DNA of 60,018 nucleotides, the filler included, from Sluysia triapertura (taxonomy: Eukaryota): assembly GCA_046118255.1 (NCBI GenBank). It is 4 parts of 4 records of this genome, joined end to end, with 100 filler letters (N's around TTAATTAATTAA, not from the genome) between each part and the next. Parts side by side here need not be neighbours in the genome. Positions count along the whole stretch, not along the records: positions 1 to 17,807 come from JBJNIA010184945.1; positions 17,908 to 31,098 come from JBJNIA010053664.1; 2 more parts are not named here. The stretch is one strand, 5' to 3'. Position 1 is the stretch's first letter. Every line of letters starts with the position of its first letter. Below are positions 13,686-27,097 of the stretch, one piece after another. The notes below the pieces were generated by a model, which saw only the letters and a program-made list of their open reading frames with translations, was not told the DNA's origin and searched no databases. Both the position numbers and the translations under genes were made by a program.

Positions 13686-14905
13686 CTAATAAATTTCAAT
13701 AATATTTATAATTTATTTAAATTAAAATAAATATGATTTTACAAGTAACAAATATTTATTATTATTTTTATTATAATATTTATTTTCTTTTTTAGGCTAG
13801 AAATGAATGAACCTTTTTAATTATCTTTAAAATTTATTATTTAATTCAATGTATAAATATTAGTTTGACATATATTTAATATATTTCATTCACTTGAATT
13901 GCGTTTGATAAAAAATGAATGATTAATAAAGGATTTATCAGAAAGAAAAATGAATGTTTAATATTCTATGAAACAAGTACATTTTCTCCTAATATTAAAC
14001 TAATATTAATTCTTTATACTTCCACGTTAAGTCTCTATTCTATTTCAATGTTAATTTGAAGATGAATGAAAATCGTGCCATAATATTTTTGGGGTTACAA
14101 AGTATTAAATATTGTTTTGTTTGTATTTTTCGAAATATAATTTTAATATTAATTATATAAATTCTTAGAATTTTACTTAATGATTAAGAAGGTTAAGAAA
14201 GATAATTTTGCTGTAAAACACTGTCCAGTATAAACGAACTGAGATAAGGTCATTTTAGTACATAAAACTATTTATACTGCGATAATTATTTTTCAATTAA
14301 TATATTTTACGACATATTATGATAGTGTAATAATAATAATAACAACAACAACAAATAGTAAACACTTTAATACAATAATAAATGAACAACAAATAATAGT
14401 TGATCAAAAACTTTACTTACTTTACTCATTATTTTCTTAACAAAATAATAAAAATATTACAATAAAGTATAATAAAGAAAATAATATTTTCTTTAATAAT
14501 AATAATAATTTATCTTAATATAGTAATTAATATCTACTATGAAATAAGTGTAAAATAAGTGAAAAAAGAAAACAGTATCATCTTTTTAAATTTCTCATAA
14601 TTTTTCAGCGATCTGACAATTTTCGACAGCTTACTGAAGACTTGTTAAACCTATCACTTATCTTTGTATCATTATAGATTATATAAAATAAAATTGTTAC
14701 TTTGAAGAAAGCTTCTGTGACATAACTATAACAATGCTTTTAATTGATTAGTCATTGTAATTCTTTTTATTAACAATAATTCACACTACCAATGCACTAG
14801 ATCAGGAGTGGCTAACAAATAGACTACACCTATAACTAAAAATCGATCGTACCACAATTTTAAAATAAAAATTAAATAAAATAATAATAATAATAATAAC
14901 AATAC

Positions 14906-17782
14906 CTCTAATCGTTCCAATTTTGCTTCTACGGTGGTAGAATCAGTTTCAACACCTCGACATAATACAAGTCGCTTTTTCCTCATGTTCAAAACATCTT
15001 CTGCTGCCAATATGGCAGATTCTAAACCAATGTGACTATTGCGACTAAATATACATTGATCTTTTAATTTTTCAACTTTTGTGATATTTTCTTGTATTTT
15101 ATCTGTCCAGAAAGTGACCTCCGTATCTTGAAATTTCGATTCTGAAAACAAAGGATTTCTCATTTTACCATCTAAAACTCTTAATTGATATGAACATTCT
15201 TCTAATTTTTGTAATTGCTTTTCTTTTTCTTCCAATCCGATTTTGTATTCCACTTGAAGTTGTGGTGTTTCTTGTTGAATTTCTTCTTGTATAGTTAAGC
15301 ATATTTTGTCAACTTCTGATGCCACATTACGCAATATTGTATCAACGTTTTCTTTATGTTTTAAGGTTTCTTCCATTTTATCAATTAACATATTCAATCC
15401 ATCGAAAATATAATGCCAATTTTCTCGTACCATATTTATTTTTAATTTTATTTCTTCACGACCTGAATAACTCAAATTTGCCATTAAAAGTTCGCCTTTA
15501 CTCATTATAGAAAGTACTTCATCATATTTAGATTGTTTATTTTCCAACAATGAACGAAATAAAGTCAAATTAGTGGAATTATCAAAACCAGAAGATGGAT
15601 TATCACATTTTAATCTGATAACTTTATGTTTATCAAACCATTGTTGCCAATCTTCAACCAATAAATTAAACATTTGAATTTCTTTCATAAAATCTATCAA
15701 TTCTTTTTCTTTTTCTTTTGATAAATTAACAGTTTCTTCGAAAGTTTCTGCTAGATTAATTTTATTCAATTTAGATCCTTTTAGTGGTGATTTTTGAAGA
15801 ATACTCGCTACAGTTAATTCTTTTGCAGATATCAAAGACTGTAGATCGTGTATCATATCTAATTGTTGTTTTGCTTCTATTTCATTAGCATTAAGTGGCA
15901 TCAAGCGAAGTTGTCGGCATTCTTTTCGTAACCATTGAGCCAATTGATGTTCTTCTTCTAATTTCTGTTTACTGTCTTGAAGACATTCTCGCATAAACTT
16001 GGCTTCGTTTATCATACTTTCCAGTAATCGCTGATAACATTCACGGATATCTACACATGTATTATAAATCCGCTTTACTCCCGTACTAGAAAACACTCGT
16101 TTCAACACACTGTCATCAGAAGGATCAAGTACAGCAGGATTCACTAGTTCAGATTCATTCTTTGTTAGCGTTCCAATTAAACTTTCCAATTTATCCAACT
16201 CTGATTCTAATTGATATGGATTTTTTGTGTTTCCGGAAATATTACTGAACTTTTGTTGACACTGTTTCAAATAATTTTGTGCAACATCTAATTTCTGTTT
16301 ATGCTCTTTCAATAAACCAATCACTGTTCGAGTATCACATAGTTTTTCATGTATTTGTTTATTCAATGAAGTTACTTGATCTTGTATTTCGATTATACTG
16401 TGACTATTTGAACTATTAGAATCAGTTGTTTTAGTTTTCAAATCATCCAATTGCAAATGAAGTGTAGATTCAAATTCAAAATTCAAATTAATTAATTCAG
16501 CTTCTTGTTTTTGTAAATTTATCACATCTTCCACACATTCGGGAATATTTTCCGTTATAATTTCGAAACGATTTTTCAATTGATTTAACATTGATTTCAA
16601 TTTATCGATTTGTTTAACAAGCAATGTTTGTTGTTCATCAATTCGTTGTATTGCTTTTTTCACTTTATTCAAATCAGATTCTATTTGAATTAATTGATTT
16701 TCGCGTAATTTTTGTGCTTCACAAATATCAAAACTTTCCACATTGTTTGTCAACAAATTCAATTTCGAGTGCAATTCTTTTAATTGATTTATTGATTTTT
16801 CTAAATTTAATACATCTTTTCGTTTATCATTTGTTTGATCATTATTCAATGATTTGTCTTTATCATTAATGTTGATTAAATTTAATTTTTGTAAAACGGT
16901 TTCTCTTAATTCATAAAACTTTCTGTCAATATTTCTATACATTGATTTCTGTTTCAATTTTTCTTCTAATTTCTTTTCCAATACATCACAACGTGAACGA
17001 ATATCGGAAAATGTTTTCTGAAAATTGTAAATTATATTTTTATAACTTGAATTTGCCAATAAACTTGAATCGTTCATTAAATTATTTAGATGTTCATTTT
17101 CTTTTTCCACTACATTTAATTTTGATAATAAATCTTTCAATCTTTCAACATCTCCATTGGTAACATCAAATGTTTGAGAAAGAAAATTTTTCTCTTGTAC
17201 TACTAAATCGGTAATAATTGTAGCACAACAATCATTAATTAGATTAATTTTGGATTGAAACTGATGATTACGTTCCAATTCAACATCACATTGCTTAATA
17301 TAACTATCAATATCTTTATTAATATCTTCCAGTTGTTTCAGTAGATTATCACTACTACTGGCAGGAGTCATTGGAACACCAATTTGTTTTGTAATTTCAT
17401 TAATACTCAACAATTTTTCCTGTAAACTATAAACTTCTTTTCGTAAATCAATCAACTTTACTCTAATATGAGCTATGTCTTCAACATTTTTATTCGATAT
17501 ACTTGAATAAGTTTGATCATATGGCACCAAATTGTGCAATTTATCTTTCAATAAACCTGTCAATTTTTCTACTTCCGATATTTCTGTATAATATCGTGTA
17601 CTATGATTTAAGTGAGCTTCTGTATTAATAATTGATGACTTTATTTGATCTAACAATGCATTTAGTTCATCAAGCAATTTCTTAGAATTATCATTTGTGC
17701 TACTTTCAAGTCCAGAATTTCGAAAATTGCTTTTCAATTCTAAAACATGGTCTTTTTCTTTGTTACCATCTTCCAGTATTTC
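14906..17782 (-). CDS. Spectrin-repeat giant protein, 2877-nt exon (959 codons); upstream exons lie beyond the spacer
   Basis: TTTTACAG|GAA acceptor at 17782 and GAG|GTATT donor at 14906; phase 0/0. Motifs LAQWLRKE, WQQWFDKH, VRENWHYI. Confidence 0.88.
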
Positions 17783-17807
17783 CTGTAAAAAATTTATAAG
17801 TAATATA

Positions 17808-17907
17808 NNNNNNNNNNNNNNNNNNNNNNNNNNNNNNNNNNNNNNNNNNNNTTAATTAATTAANNNNNNNNNNNNNNNNNNNNNNNNNNNNNNNNNNNNN
17901 NNNNNNN
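17808..17907. other. Artificial contig spacer (44 N + TTAATTAATTAA + 44 N)
   Basis: The same 100-bp construction appears three times; TTAATTAATTAA gives stops in all six frames. Confidence 0.97.
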
Positions 17908-18579
17908 ATACAAACAGATATAAAAATACATCATCCTAATTTACCCATATTTATAATCTAGTATAAAACTTCTTTTAATAACAATATTTTATATCATACG
18001 TAACACGTTAAAGGTATGTCACACGTCAATCTCAATAGCGTATATTGACTTGTTTCTGTACAAGTTTTAATTTGATATGTACTTTACTAATGCTTGGACA
18101 TGGGAACGTATTTAATTTTAATTTTAAATTACAAAATTAATTAAAATAATTAATTTTTACGTTGTCTAGGTTGACGTGCTTCGCAATAATACTTCATCAT
18201 TAAAAACACTAATAAAACTCAATATTATACATCAAATCCAATATCATTTTATCATAAGCAAACATTTTTATTGAGTTATCAAATTAAACAAATTTTAATT
18301 AAATTAATTTAATATTTTAACAAATAAAACCTTATAAAAGGTTATTTCTTCGTATTTCCCACTGTCTTATCTTGATTCGAATATTTTATATACTTATCAT
18401 ATCATTACAATTCATCATAATCCCCTATCTCAATTCCTCAATAACGTTTACCTTATCTGTTATCCTGAATCTTGAACCTTTGTATCTACCTTGCCTTTCA
18501 CTAATCCCAACACAATCAACAATATTATTAACATACATAAAAATAATGAATTTAATTTCACTTTTTAAAATTTGATTGA

Positions 18580-19310
18580 GTTTCATTTTTTCACACCCAG
18601 ATTTCTAATGAAAAATATTTAAGGTTCTTATTCAAACTCACTCACTTATTCACTCTCATTTCAAACTCACTTTTAGATTCTCCTCTTTCATAGTAATCAT
18701 CTCATTTGTATCATTCTAAGTATAAAAAATTCAATATTTCATAATTAAGAATTAATTAAAATTTGACTTTGCTCAATATTAAGGCGTTCTTTGCATGAAC
18801 TCAAAGAGTCTTTTTAAAACAAATACATACACAATGTCAAATTTAATGTAGCATTTCTCATTTAGATTTTAGATTAATTAATTAGATTTTAATTAATTAA
18901 TCTATTTTTAGACTTAAACTTATTTTATGTTTAAAAGTTTTATAAAAGTCCTAAAGTTATGTAGTGGTTTATAAGTCTTTCAGGAGGCTCTAGATGTTTT
19001 CACCTACATCTCTACGATTCCTTTTTCAACTTCTTCGTGTTAATTATTACCATACTTAATGTTTTCTTAATACTAATAACAATGATGGTATTTCTGAAAT
19101 ATTTTAAATATTTTAAATACTTCACACGTTACTTGAAAATCTCAGATACTTATCAAGGTTTCAAGAATACTTAAAGCTTAATAAAGTCTTAGATGATCTC
19201 AATGTTCACAAATTCACAAAGTATTCCAATGCCTTTAAAGGTTTATTAGTCTATCTCAAATTTTCATAAGGTCTCAAACCCTTATATAGGTCTTTGGAAC
19301 GCCAAAGTAT
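18580..19310. repeat. Diverged direct repeat, unit 1 (pairs with 20545-21290)
   Basis: Collinear shared blocks TTTCTAATG.AAAAT, GATTCTCCTCTTTCATAG, ATCATTCTAA.TATAAAAA, TTTGCTCAATAT and GCATGAACTC, offset by about 1.96 kb. Confidence 0.7.
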
Positions 19311-20544
19311 TTTTTATCTGTTAACATTATTATGGATGTTGTCACTTTCATGATTCTTATTCCGACAATGTTTATAATGTTCAATCTATCAGTTATTCCT
19401 TTATTTCATAGTTTTATGTGTCCCTCACACATTTTTTGATCCACAGTTAGACAATCCCAACAATACATTCTTTAAAATATCACAATTATCCAATGAAAAT
19501 TCTTTTATATTAATATACTTCTATTATATCAATAAAACTAAAAAAATTACTTTAACAAAATACCTTCAGTATATAACTTTACTATCAGCTTTAAAATTAT
19601 AAATAAATTACCACCAAGGTTGACGCTACTCAAATAAAATAAATTCTGACGCCGTATAACTAAAATATAATGAATAAAAAACAATTTACTATCTCTTTTT
19701 CCTATAACCCTGTTGCGTCTTATATTAAAATATTATAAAAATATTAATAATAATTGTAATTCTTAAAATTCTCGTCACAATAATAAATTCTTTTCTATTA
19801 ATAGTAATCAAATAGTAAAAATCAAAATAACTAACACTTCACTATATTTTAAATAATCACGAAAACGCAATATACAAAATGATATTTATCCACAATACAA
19901 TTTTTTAATAATTACCAAATAAAAATTAATTCTTAACTATAAATAAGCAATTTTACGAAACTTAATTATCAAATCCAGAAGTTATGCAACACAATCGAGT
20001 TACAGCAAGTTAATTTACAAGTTACCGATTTACAATCGAGTTAATTTCCTCAAAGTATCAATATAAATTTTAAATTACAATATCAATTCAAATGGAGATT
20101 CCTGAAACAATTTATATAACTTATCTAAATTCAAATCAAAATGAATACCCTAAAATAACAAAATATTAAACGAATATCAAAGGCCGAATTCCCAAAATAA
20201 TGTATAAAAAACTTATTAAATTCAAATATTTAAAAACTTAAATAAAAATAAAATTAAAAATATTACCCTGGATTTTCTTTATCATCATTTTTTGCTGGTT
20301 AACTTAATTATTTTCTTTTTGTTGAGTTGTAAAATTTTTTTAATGTTCTATTTTATACTTTTGCGTCATCCAATCACTCCCAAATTCAAAATTCAAGCAG
20401 AACTTAAAAATTCTTCTACTCTTACTCTTTCTATCTTTTCATAAATCACTTCTTACATTAAAATAACAACTGTTGTTATTATCAACATACTTTAAAATGA
20501 AAATTTAATTTTTAATTTAATTTTAAAATTTAATTCAATTAATT

Positions 20545-21290
20545 AATTTCCTTACACTCATTTTTCTAATGGAAAATGTTTACGGTTCTCATTCCCAAAG
20601 GAACCATTCAACAAACATTTCAACCTCATTTTCGGATTCTCCTCTTTCATAGCAACCATTTCATATTTAATTCGCTCTCTTTTTATCATTCTAAATATAA
20701 AAACTTCAATTAATTAACAATTAATTAAAAATCTATTTTGCTCAATATGGAGGTTTTTCTCGCATGAACTCGATCGAATCATCGGAAGACCGTTTTAAAG
20801 CATAAGCATATACAGTTACAATTTTAATATGTCATTTTTCATTCAAAAGTTATTCATGCAAACGTAATTTTTCTTAATTAAGTTAATTAAGATTTTAGTT
20901 AAGTAAGTAATTATTTTAACTAAATTATATTTTATGTCTAAAGGTTTACTATGATTATAAAGTTGTTAGATACTTTATAAGGTACTCAAGAAGCTCTCAT
21001 TCCTTTTCTAATTTTTTATGTTAATTATAAATGTATCAAATTTATCTTTAATATTATCAACCATGATTTTAATTCTTGAACATTTTAAAAGTTCCAAACA
21101 TTTTGCAAGATTATTTAAGGTCTTCAAAGGTTCTAATAGATCGACGAGGTCCCAAATGATTCCAGGGTTCACAAGTTCCGAGGTATTTTCATCCTTTAAA
21201 ACATCTTTCCAAACCCGTCTTAAGTTTTCATAAGGGTCTTAATACCCTACAAAAGTATTCTTCGGTTTCAAAATGACTGCAAAGATTTTT
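20545..21290. repeat. Diverged direct repeat, unit 2
   Basis: Same collinear blocks as 18580-19310. Boundaries approximate. Confidence 0.7.
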
Positions 21291-21964
21291 TGCTTCATCA
21301 TTCTTCCTCCAGCGATATTTAATTATGCTCACGTTACCACTGCTTCACGTATTTTCTATCACTTTTTCTTACATATTTTAAATTCTCTAACCTTTTAACT
21401 TATTGGACAATTACTAAGTAAAGAATAAGCCTCAATTTCACCGTTTTCCATTGATGAATTGAAGCAGCGTCCATAAAACTAAAAAGTTTTCGGTTTCTTT
21501 ATTATCTTTGTGTATTCTTGTGCTGATATTTTGTTTCTAGTTTTTTCTGCAAAAAATAGCAGTTTTATGATCATTTTGGAAAATGAAAATTAGAAATTGG
21601 ACAAGACGGAAATTAAAACTGTCAATTCTTTTTAGTCGGTGATAAGCCGACCAATTTTTACTGATTGAATTTCGACAGCAATTTTCAATTTTATTATCTT
21701 TTTAACTGTCTAAAGACAATGGGATTTGTCGTAAACAATACCATTATCTTTTCAATATCATTAAATTAAAATTTAATATTATCATTATATTGTTTTTATT
21801 GTACCGATAGCGAAATTTATTAACTTAATTTGAGGATAAAATTAATAGAATAATAAATTTATTTTTCTATAGGAATCTTTCGTACGTCAATTTCAATGAC
21901 ACATTTTGATTGGTATATTCATGAACATTAATTTAATACATTCTTTTGTACTTAAAATTAAAGT

Positions 21965-22070
21965 AATTTTACATGACTTTCCCGTCTGGTCAAAATGAAT
22001 TTCTCAGTATGTTTCTAATAATCTTGGCTTCACCAGTCACTGGTGAACCCCATGGCATTCAACGTGTTAA
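21965..22070. repeat. ~110-bp repeat with a piggyBac-like end (GGCATTCAACGTG-TTAA), copy 1
   Basis: Close match to 23070-23178 (CAAAATGAATTTCTCAGT, CTTGGCTT, GTCAC, ATGGCATTCAA.GTGTTAA). Confidence 0.65.
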
Positions 22071-22169
22071 AATATCAACTTTTTGTATTATACACTAATT
22101 ATACACTAAATCTAATATTATTCTATCATGAGCAAACATTTTCCATTACGTATTAAATTAGACAAATTT

Positions 22170-22390
22170 TAATTAAATTTGTTAGGTTTCACCACGACCT
22201 TCTAAAATCACACAGAATGCTTTAAAATTATTTATAAATGTCTAAAAACATTTTAAAAATGTCTATTTTCCAAAAAAGAAAATTCGCTTCTAAAAATAGA
22301 ATAGAAGTTTCTATAATGTTCCAGAACCATCCATCGATTTTCATTGGCTGATAATTAGTATATAAACTAGCATCAGTTTGATTAAAATCG
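22170..22390 (-). repeat. Dispersed repeat family R1, copy 3
   Basis: CCATCGATTTTCATTGGCTGATAATTAGTATATAAACTAGCATCAGTTT; upstream flank also resembles 2900-2990. Confidence 0.7.
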
Positions 22391-23060
22391 TAATTTTGAA
22401 AGTGTAATTCAATTTAGTCAGCGCCATTTTGAATTTATTATTCGTCATTTTATCCAGAGTTCTGTTAGTTCAGCTTCTACAATGATTGGAATTTTTAATC
22501 AAGTGAATCCAAGTGAAACATTTTAATAAACAACTCCTTTTCGTTCCAGTTTCATCTCTTCCATGATTTTAAGGTGGTTTTGATTTTTATTAAAATCAGA
22601 ATCAAATTTGTAAGAACATATTGAAAGGAAACTTTCAACTTAAATTTAAAATAAAGTAGATTAAAGATCCAAGAAGGATTTTAATCTTAAAATAATATTT
22701 AGTTTTGTTCTTTTTCGTTGTTTTCATTGTATAAATTTTGTATTTTTGAATTCGAGTTATTTTTACTCTTACATTTATAGTTTAAAGTAATTAAAATGGA
22801 TTGGATTTTTTTATTGTGATATTTAAATTTTAAGACCATCTTAAAAATCATTAAGATTTAAAATTTTACTTTTGGCTTGACTGTTTGATTGTAAACGAAA
22901 ATATATTAATTTAAATTAATAAATTCACATGTTTTAAAATGCTTTTAAAATTACAGCAAACTAATATATCTATGTTATTATCCTTATCATTAAAAGTAAC
23001 AAACTGTATCAAAAATGTTTTTTAATCTCAAAAGTTTATTATGTGCAAACTGTCTCCTTC

Positions 23061-23178
23061 TTAACACACTAATTTTACATGGCTTGCCAGTCTGACCAAA
23101 ATGAATTTCTCAGTGTGCGTTTCTAATAAACTTGGCTTAGCCGGTCACCTGTGACCCCTATGGCATTCAAAGTGTTAA
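23061..23178. repeat. ~110-bp repeat with a piggyBac-like end, copy 2, flanked TTAA-CAC...GTG-TTAA
   Basis: TTAA at 23061-23064 and 23175-23178. The terminal inverted repeat is short and weak, so the transposon class is tentative. Confidence 0.6.
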
Positions 23179-23442
23179 TTTAGTGTTAATTTAAAATTTA
23201 CAAAAATTTAACATCATAGTGAACTATTTTCGACCATATTTTAGGAAATAGAAATGTATTAAAATAACTTATATTATGCAAACAAAAATAATCTTTACCT
23301 ATAACTGTCAAATATTTAAAATGTAAAAGGTTTAAAAATTACTCACATTATTACATTAATAATAATTTTTTTAAAAATAAAATAATGTTAAAAATAATAT
23401 TTCTATTGAATTTTCATTTAAAAAAAACGTTTACTTAATAAA

Positions 23443-24534
23443 ATGGATATAACTAACAACATTTTACCACCAATGACACCGGAAAATCCCGATTTTGACA
23501 AAATTAATAACTGTAATGATGTTTTCGAACTTGACTTAGATGTAATTATAGAAACATTAAATGATTTACGTAAATTTCCTTCTAAACGTGGTGAAATACC
23601 AAGTAAAGTTGTCCAAGGTATTTGTTTTTTAGCACGTCAAACATACGTTCAAAAACCGTTATTATTAGAAATTAAAGATTCAGTTATCGTAATTGGTGAT
23701 TTACATGGACAGTTTTATGATTTGTTAAGAATCTTAGAAGTTTTAGGACCACCACCACAAAATACATTTTTATTTCTTGGTGACTATGTCGACAGAGGCC
23801 ATCAAGGTGTCGATATTTTAATGCTATTATTAGCATATCAATTAAAATATCCTCAAAATGTTTATTTATTACGTGGAAATCATGAACAAAGCCAATTAAA
23901 TGAATTTTATGGATTTTATCATGAAATTGTAGAAAGATATGGAAATGAAGCTATGAAAGTTTGGAAGTCCTTTTTACGATTATTTCAAGAAATGCCATTA
24001 GCAGCTATTATTGAAGAAAGTATATTTTGTGTTCATGGTGGATTATCGCCCGTCTTTTTAGAACCCAGTTGCGTATCCATTCAAGAAGAATTTAAAAAAA
24101 TTTTAAGACCAGTCAATGTAGAAACTCATGGATTTGTTTGTGACATTTTATGGTCAGATCCTATGGATATTTCTGATAATGAATGTAACGGGTGGGAACC
24201 TAATTCTAGAGGTATTTCGTTTGCATTTGGTGCTGATGTTGTGGAACAGTTTTGTAACAAATTTAATATTAATTTGATTATTCGCGGACATCAAGTGGTT
24301 GAAGATGGTTATGAATTTTTTGCCCAAAGACGACTAGTAACAGTGTTTTCGGCGCCACGTTATTGTGGTGTTTATGATAATGCTGGTGGTGTTGTAGTAA
24401 TGGAAAAGTTAAAAGATACTGATACAAAAAATGGTGATTTATTAAGAGCTAAGTTTAAAGTTATTAAACCAGAAAGAAGATTCGTAACTACATTATGGTA
24501 TAACAGTGAAGAATTTGTACAATTACCTACCTAG
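23443..24534 (+). CDS. Serine/threonine protein phosphatase, PPP family, divergent PP1-like; single exon, 363 aa
   Basis: All PPP motifs present: GDLHGQ, GDYVDRG, LLRGNHE, HGGLSP, DILWSDP, RGHQVVEDGYEFFA, LVTVFSAP(R)YCG. Complete ATG to TAG. Confidence 0.95.
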   Translation: MDITNNILPPMTPENPDFDKINNCNDVFELDLDVIIETLNDLRKFPSKRGEIPSKVVQGICFLARQTYVQKPLLLEIKDSVIVIGDLHGQFYDLLRILEVLGPPPQNTFLFLGDYVDRGHQGVDILMLLLAYQLKYPQNVYLLRGNHEQSQLNEFYGFYHEIVERYGNEAMKVWKSFLRLFQEMPLAAIIEESIFCVHGGLSPVFLEPSCVSIQEEFKKILRPVNVETHGFVCDILWSDPMDISDNECNGWEPNSRGISFAFGADVVEQFCNKFNINLIIRGHQVVEDGYEFFAQRRLVTVFSAPRYCGVYDNAGGVVVMEKLKDTDTKNGDLLRAKFKVIKPERRFVTTLWYNSEEFVQLPT

Positions 24535-25759
24535 TTAACAAAATATTATATTAATGTTATCAAACTCTTTCTTGAAACAAATGTTAATTTGACGTACTTT
24601 GCTCAAAAATATTTAGGGAGTTTATCAATTGGAATAAATGAATCATTTTTTGTTCGATTTTATCTCTATAATATTTTTCTCTTATATTCCAAATTATACA
24701 ATTTCCATTCATGTGAATATTTTTGGATATAACTCAATTAAATTAAAGATTGTAAATTAAAAGTGCACATAATATCAAATCAATAAAGAAAAAATAAATA
24801 AATTATGTGAATTTTCAAAACCTTTTAAATTCATTTTCATTTCAAAAAGATTGTATTTTATTTTTTGCAAATTTGGTACATTTAAAATACTTTAAGTCAG
24901 TATGTTCAAACTAGCGATCCCATGGTAACAATATATTTACAAATATACTGAGTTCAATATGATAAAGCGAATAAAACAACGTTACCGACGGTTAGATGCA
25001 TATCACGACCAATTTTATAAATATACAAATTGGTATACAATAATTTCAAAATATCGCGCATTTCTTTTTGTACGAAATCAAGAATATATTTTAGACAAAT
25101 AATTTAACTTTTGCATTAAAAATCAAAAAGTTTTATTTCAAAACATTCAAAAGTAATTAAATATCTTAGTAAAAAGTAGTTATAATTAAGATTTCAAATT
25201 TTATAATAAAATATTGATAAGATCTATATAAGACAAAAATAGAGTAACTTAATTTTATAATTGTTAATAAAAATAATTTTATATTTGAATTATAATTAAT
25301 TATAAAATAATACCAAGTTAAATATCTTATTACATGCAATAACCATTAAAAGTTTTGTAAAAATACATTTTCAATTTATTAAAACTTCAAATAAAGTCTA
25401 ATGTAATTTCGTTCCTCCATGTTTTAGGGCTATTTTCTTTTAAAACAAAAATTCGTTAATGAAGCCATAATGTGTAAACAATAGTTAAGTTCAGTTTTAT
25501 TTGGAAGAATAAGTTTAAGGACATTCTGAAAAACACTAGCACTAGAGTGACCATAACGTGCACATTTTCTAAAGTATACATAAACTACAAAACGGATAGC
25601 ATAACCGAAAAAATTTAATGAATTTATTTAGAAAAAATTAGTAACACTGAGTAATTATTGTATTAAAACCAAAGATAATAACTTTATTTTTCTAATAATT
25701 AAAAAAGCTTTAAAAATTCAACTTAAAGCACATTAGCAATGTGCTGTGATTTTCTTCAA

Positions 25760-25920
25760 GCTAAACCTACGGCAAAATAAAATTGAGCAGGGTCTGGTTA
25801 CAGTAAACGACTTAAAACGTGTAGTTAGCGTTTCTGTAATCTTCTGATAAACTAACAATTTTACTAAATTTAATTAATAAATACGTGTAGTACGTTCTTA
25901 ATTTTCTAGAGGGTCTTAAA
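25760..25920 (+). repeat. Dispersed repeat family R2 (AACCTACGGC..AATAAAATTGAGCAGG...GGTTACAGTAAACGACTT), copy 1
   Basis: Close match to 38390-38515; more decayed relatives near 7480-7630 and 41720-41790. Confidence 0.7.
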
Positions 25921-26369
25921 AATTTTGAGTGAATATGTTTAGATCTTTCAAAGAAAAATAAAATAACTATTAAATATTACCCATTTTTATTAAAAACAAT
26001 AAATACTAGGCAATAAAAATTTTATGTAATTTTAAAAATTAAAATTCTGCTGAATATTTAATTTTACTAATTGATTTTAATTATAGAAAATTCTCCTCAA
26101 TAGATCGGGACAAAAACTAATTTAACAAAAATATTTTAATGTAATATTTCATAATGTTTATCTTCTCTGGGAAGGTAAAAATTCCTTATAAAAAATAATT
26201 AATGGAAAGGGAAATCAGTGTGAGACGTAATCCAATGTTGATCGCTGAGAAAATCCTAATAGAAACCAGAAATTGGCACGAAAATGGAATTATCAATATC
26301 GTACCGAAAGTATCCACACAACAAAGTAAATAGCAATAATAAAGAGTGTAAAAATTAAGTAATAATGAA

Positions 26370-26530
26370 ATTGATGCTAGTTTATAGACCAGTCATCAAC
26401 TAATAGAAACCGACAGAGTGTTCCAGAATGTTCTTTTCTATTTTCTTTTTTAAAAAATACGTTTTCTTTTTAGAATCTAAGTTATTTTATTGAAAAATTC
26501 TTTAATATGTACTGTGGTGTCAAGTTTATC
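26370..26530 (+). repeat. Dispersed repeat family R1, copy 4
   Basis: TGATGCTAGTTTATAGACCAGTCATCAACTAAT...GTTCCAGAATGTTC. Confidence 0.6.
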
Positions 26531-27097
26531 GATAATAATTTTGTTATTCGTAACATTCAAACTTTTCCTTTCATTGTTACTTTCCTATATTAGCATAAAC
26601 AACAAATAATGTTGTGGAAATAAATGATTATTTATATTTATAAATCTTGAACTTAAATTCGAATAATATTTATTAATCACTTTAATAAAATCATTTGTTT
26701 TGAATCTGATCTCAATTATATAAATTATAAAATTATTGTAGTATAACTTTGGATCATTATTTATTTTATTGTTATATTGGATAAAACACAAAATAAGACA
26801 CAACAACTTTATTTTCTTAAATTACATTTAGATTAAAACTTAAAATTTGATTAATGTTGTTTGCTTCCTAAATAATTTAAAACAAAATAAATAAAAGAAT
26901 CGAAAATTCTTAATATCATAAGGAAAGTAAATAATAATTACTTTAGTGTTATAATCATTCTGTTACATCTTTTGTCAGATTGAGAATTTTACGAACATGA
27001 CTAGATAAATTTGAACTCAAATCAAAATTGTTTCTTATTTCAACAGCATTATGTGCGTAAATACAATTCTTGCCGAATCTGGAACATCTTCCATTCT

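Noticed and set aside
14786-14905. Hydrophobic C-terminal tail of the 983-aa ORF as a transmembrane or KASH segment
   Set aside because: It is intron read-through after the GT donor at 14905. The tails of ORFs 9396-13667 and 6561-6791 are the same artefact.
12652-17163. Short plus-strand ORFs (12652, 13300, 15319, 16624, 16942)
   Set aside because: They are antisense shadows of the large spectrin-repeat exons.
17852-17863. TTAATTAATTAA as a biological repeat
   Set aside because: It is an assembly spacer embedded in Ns.
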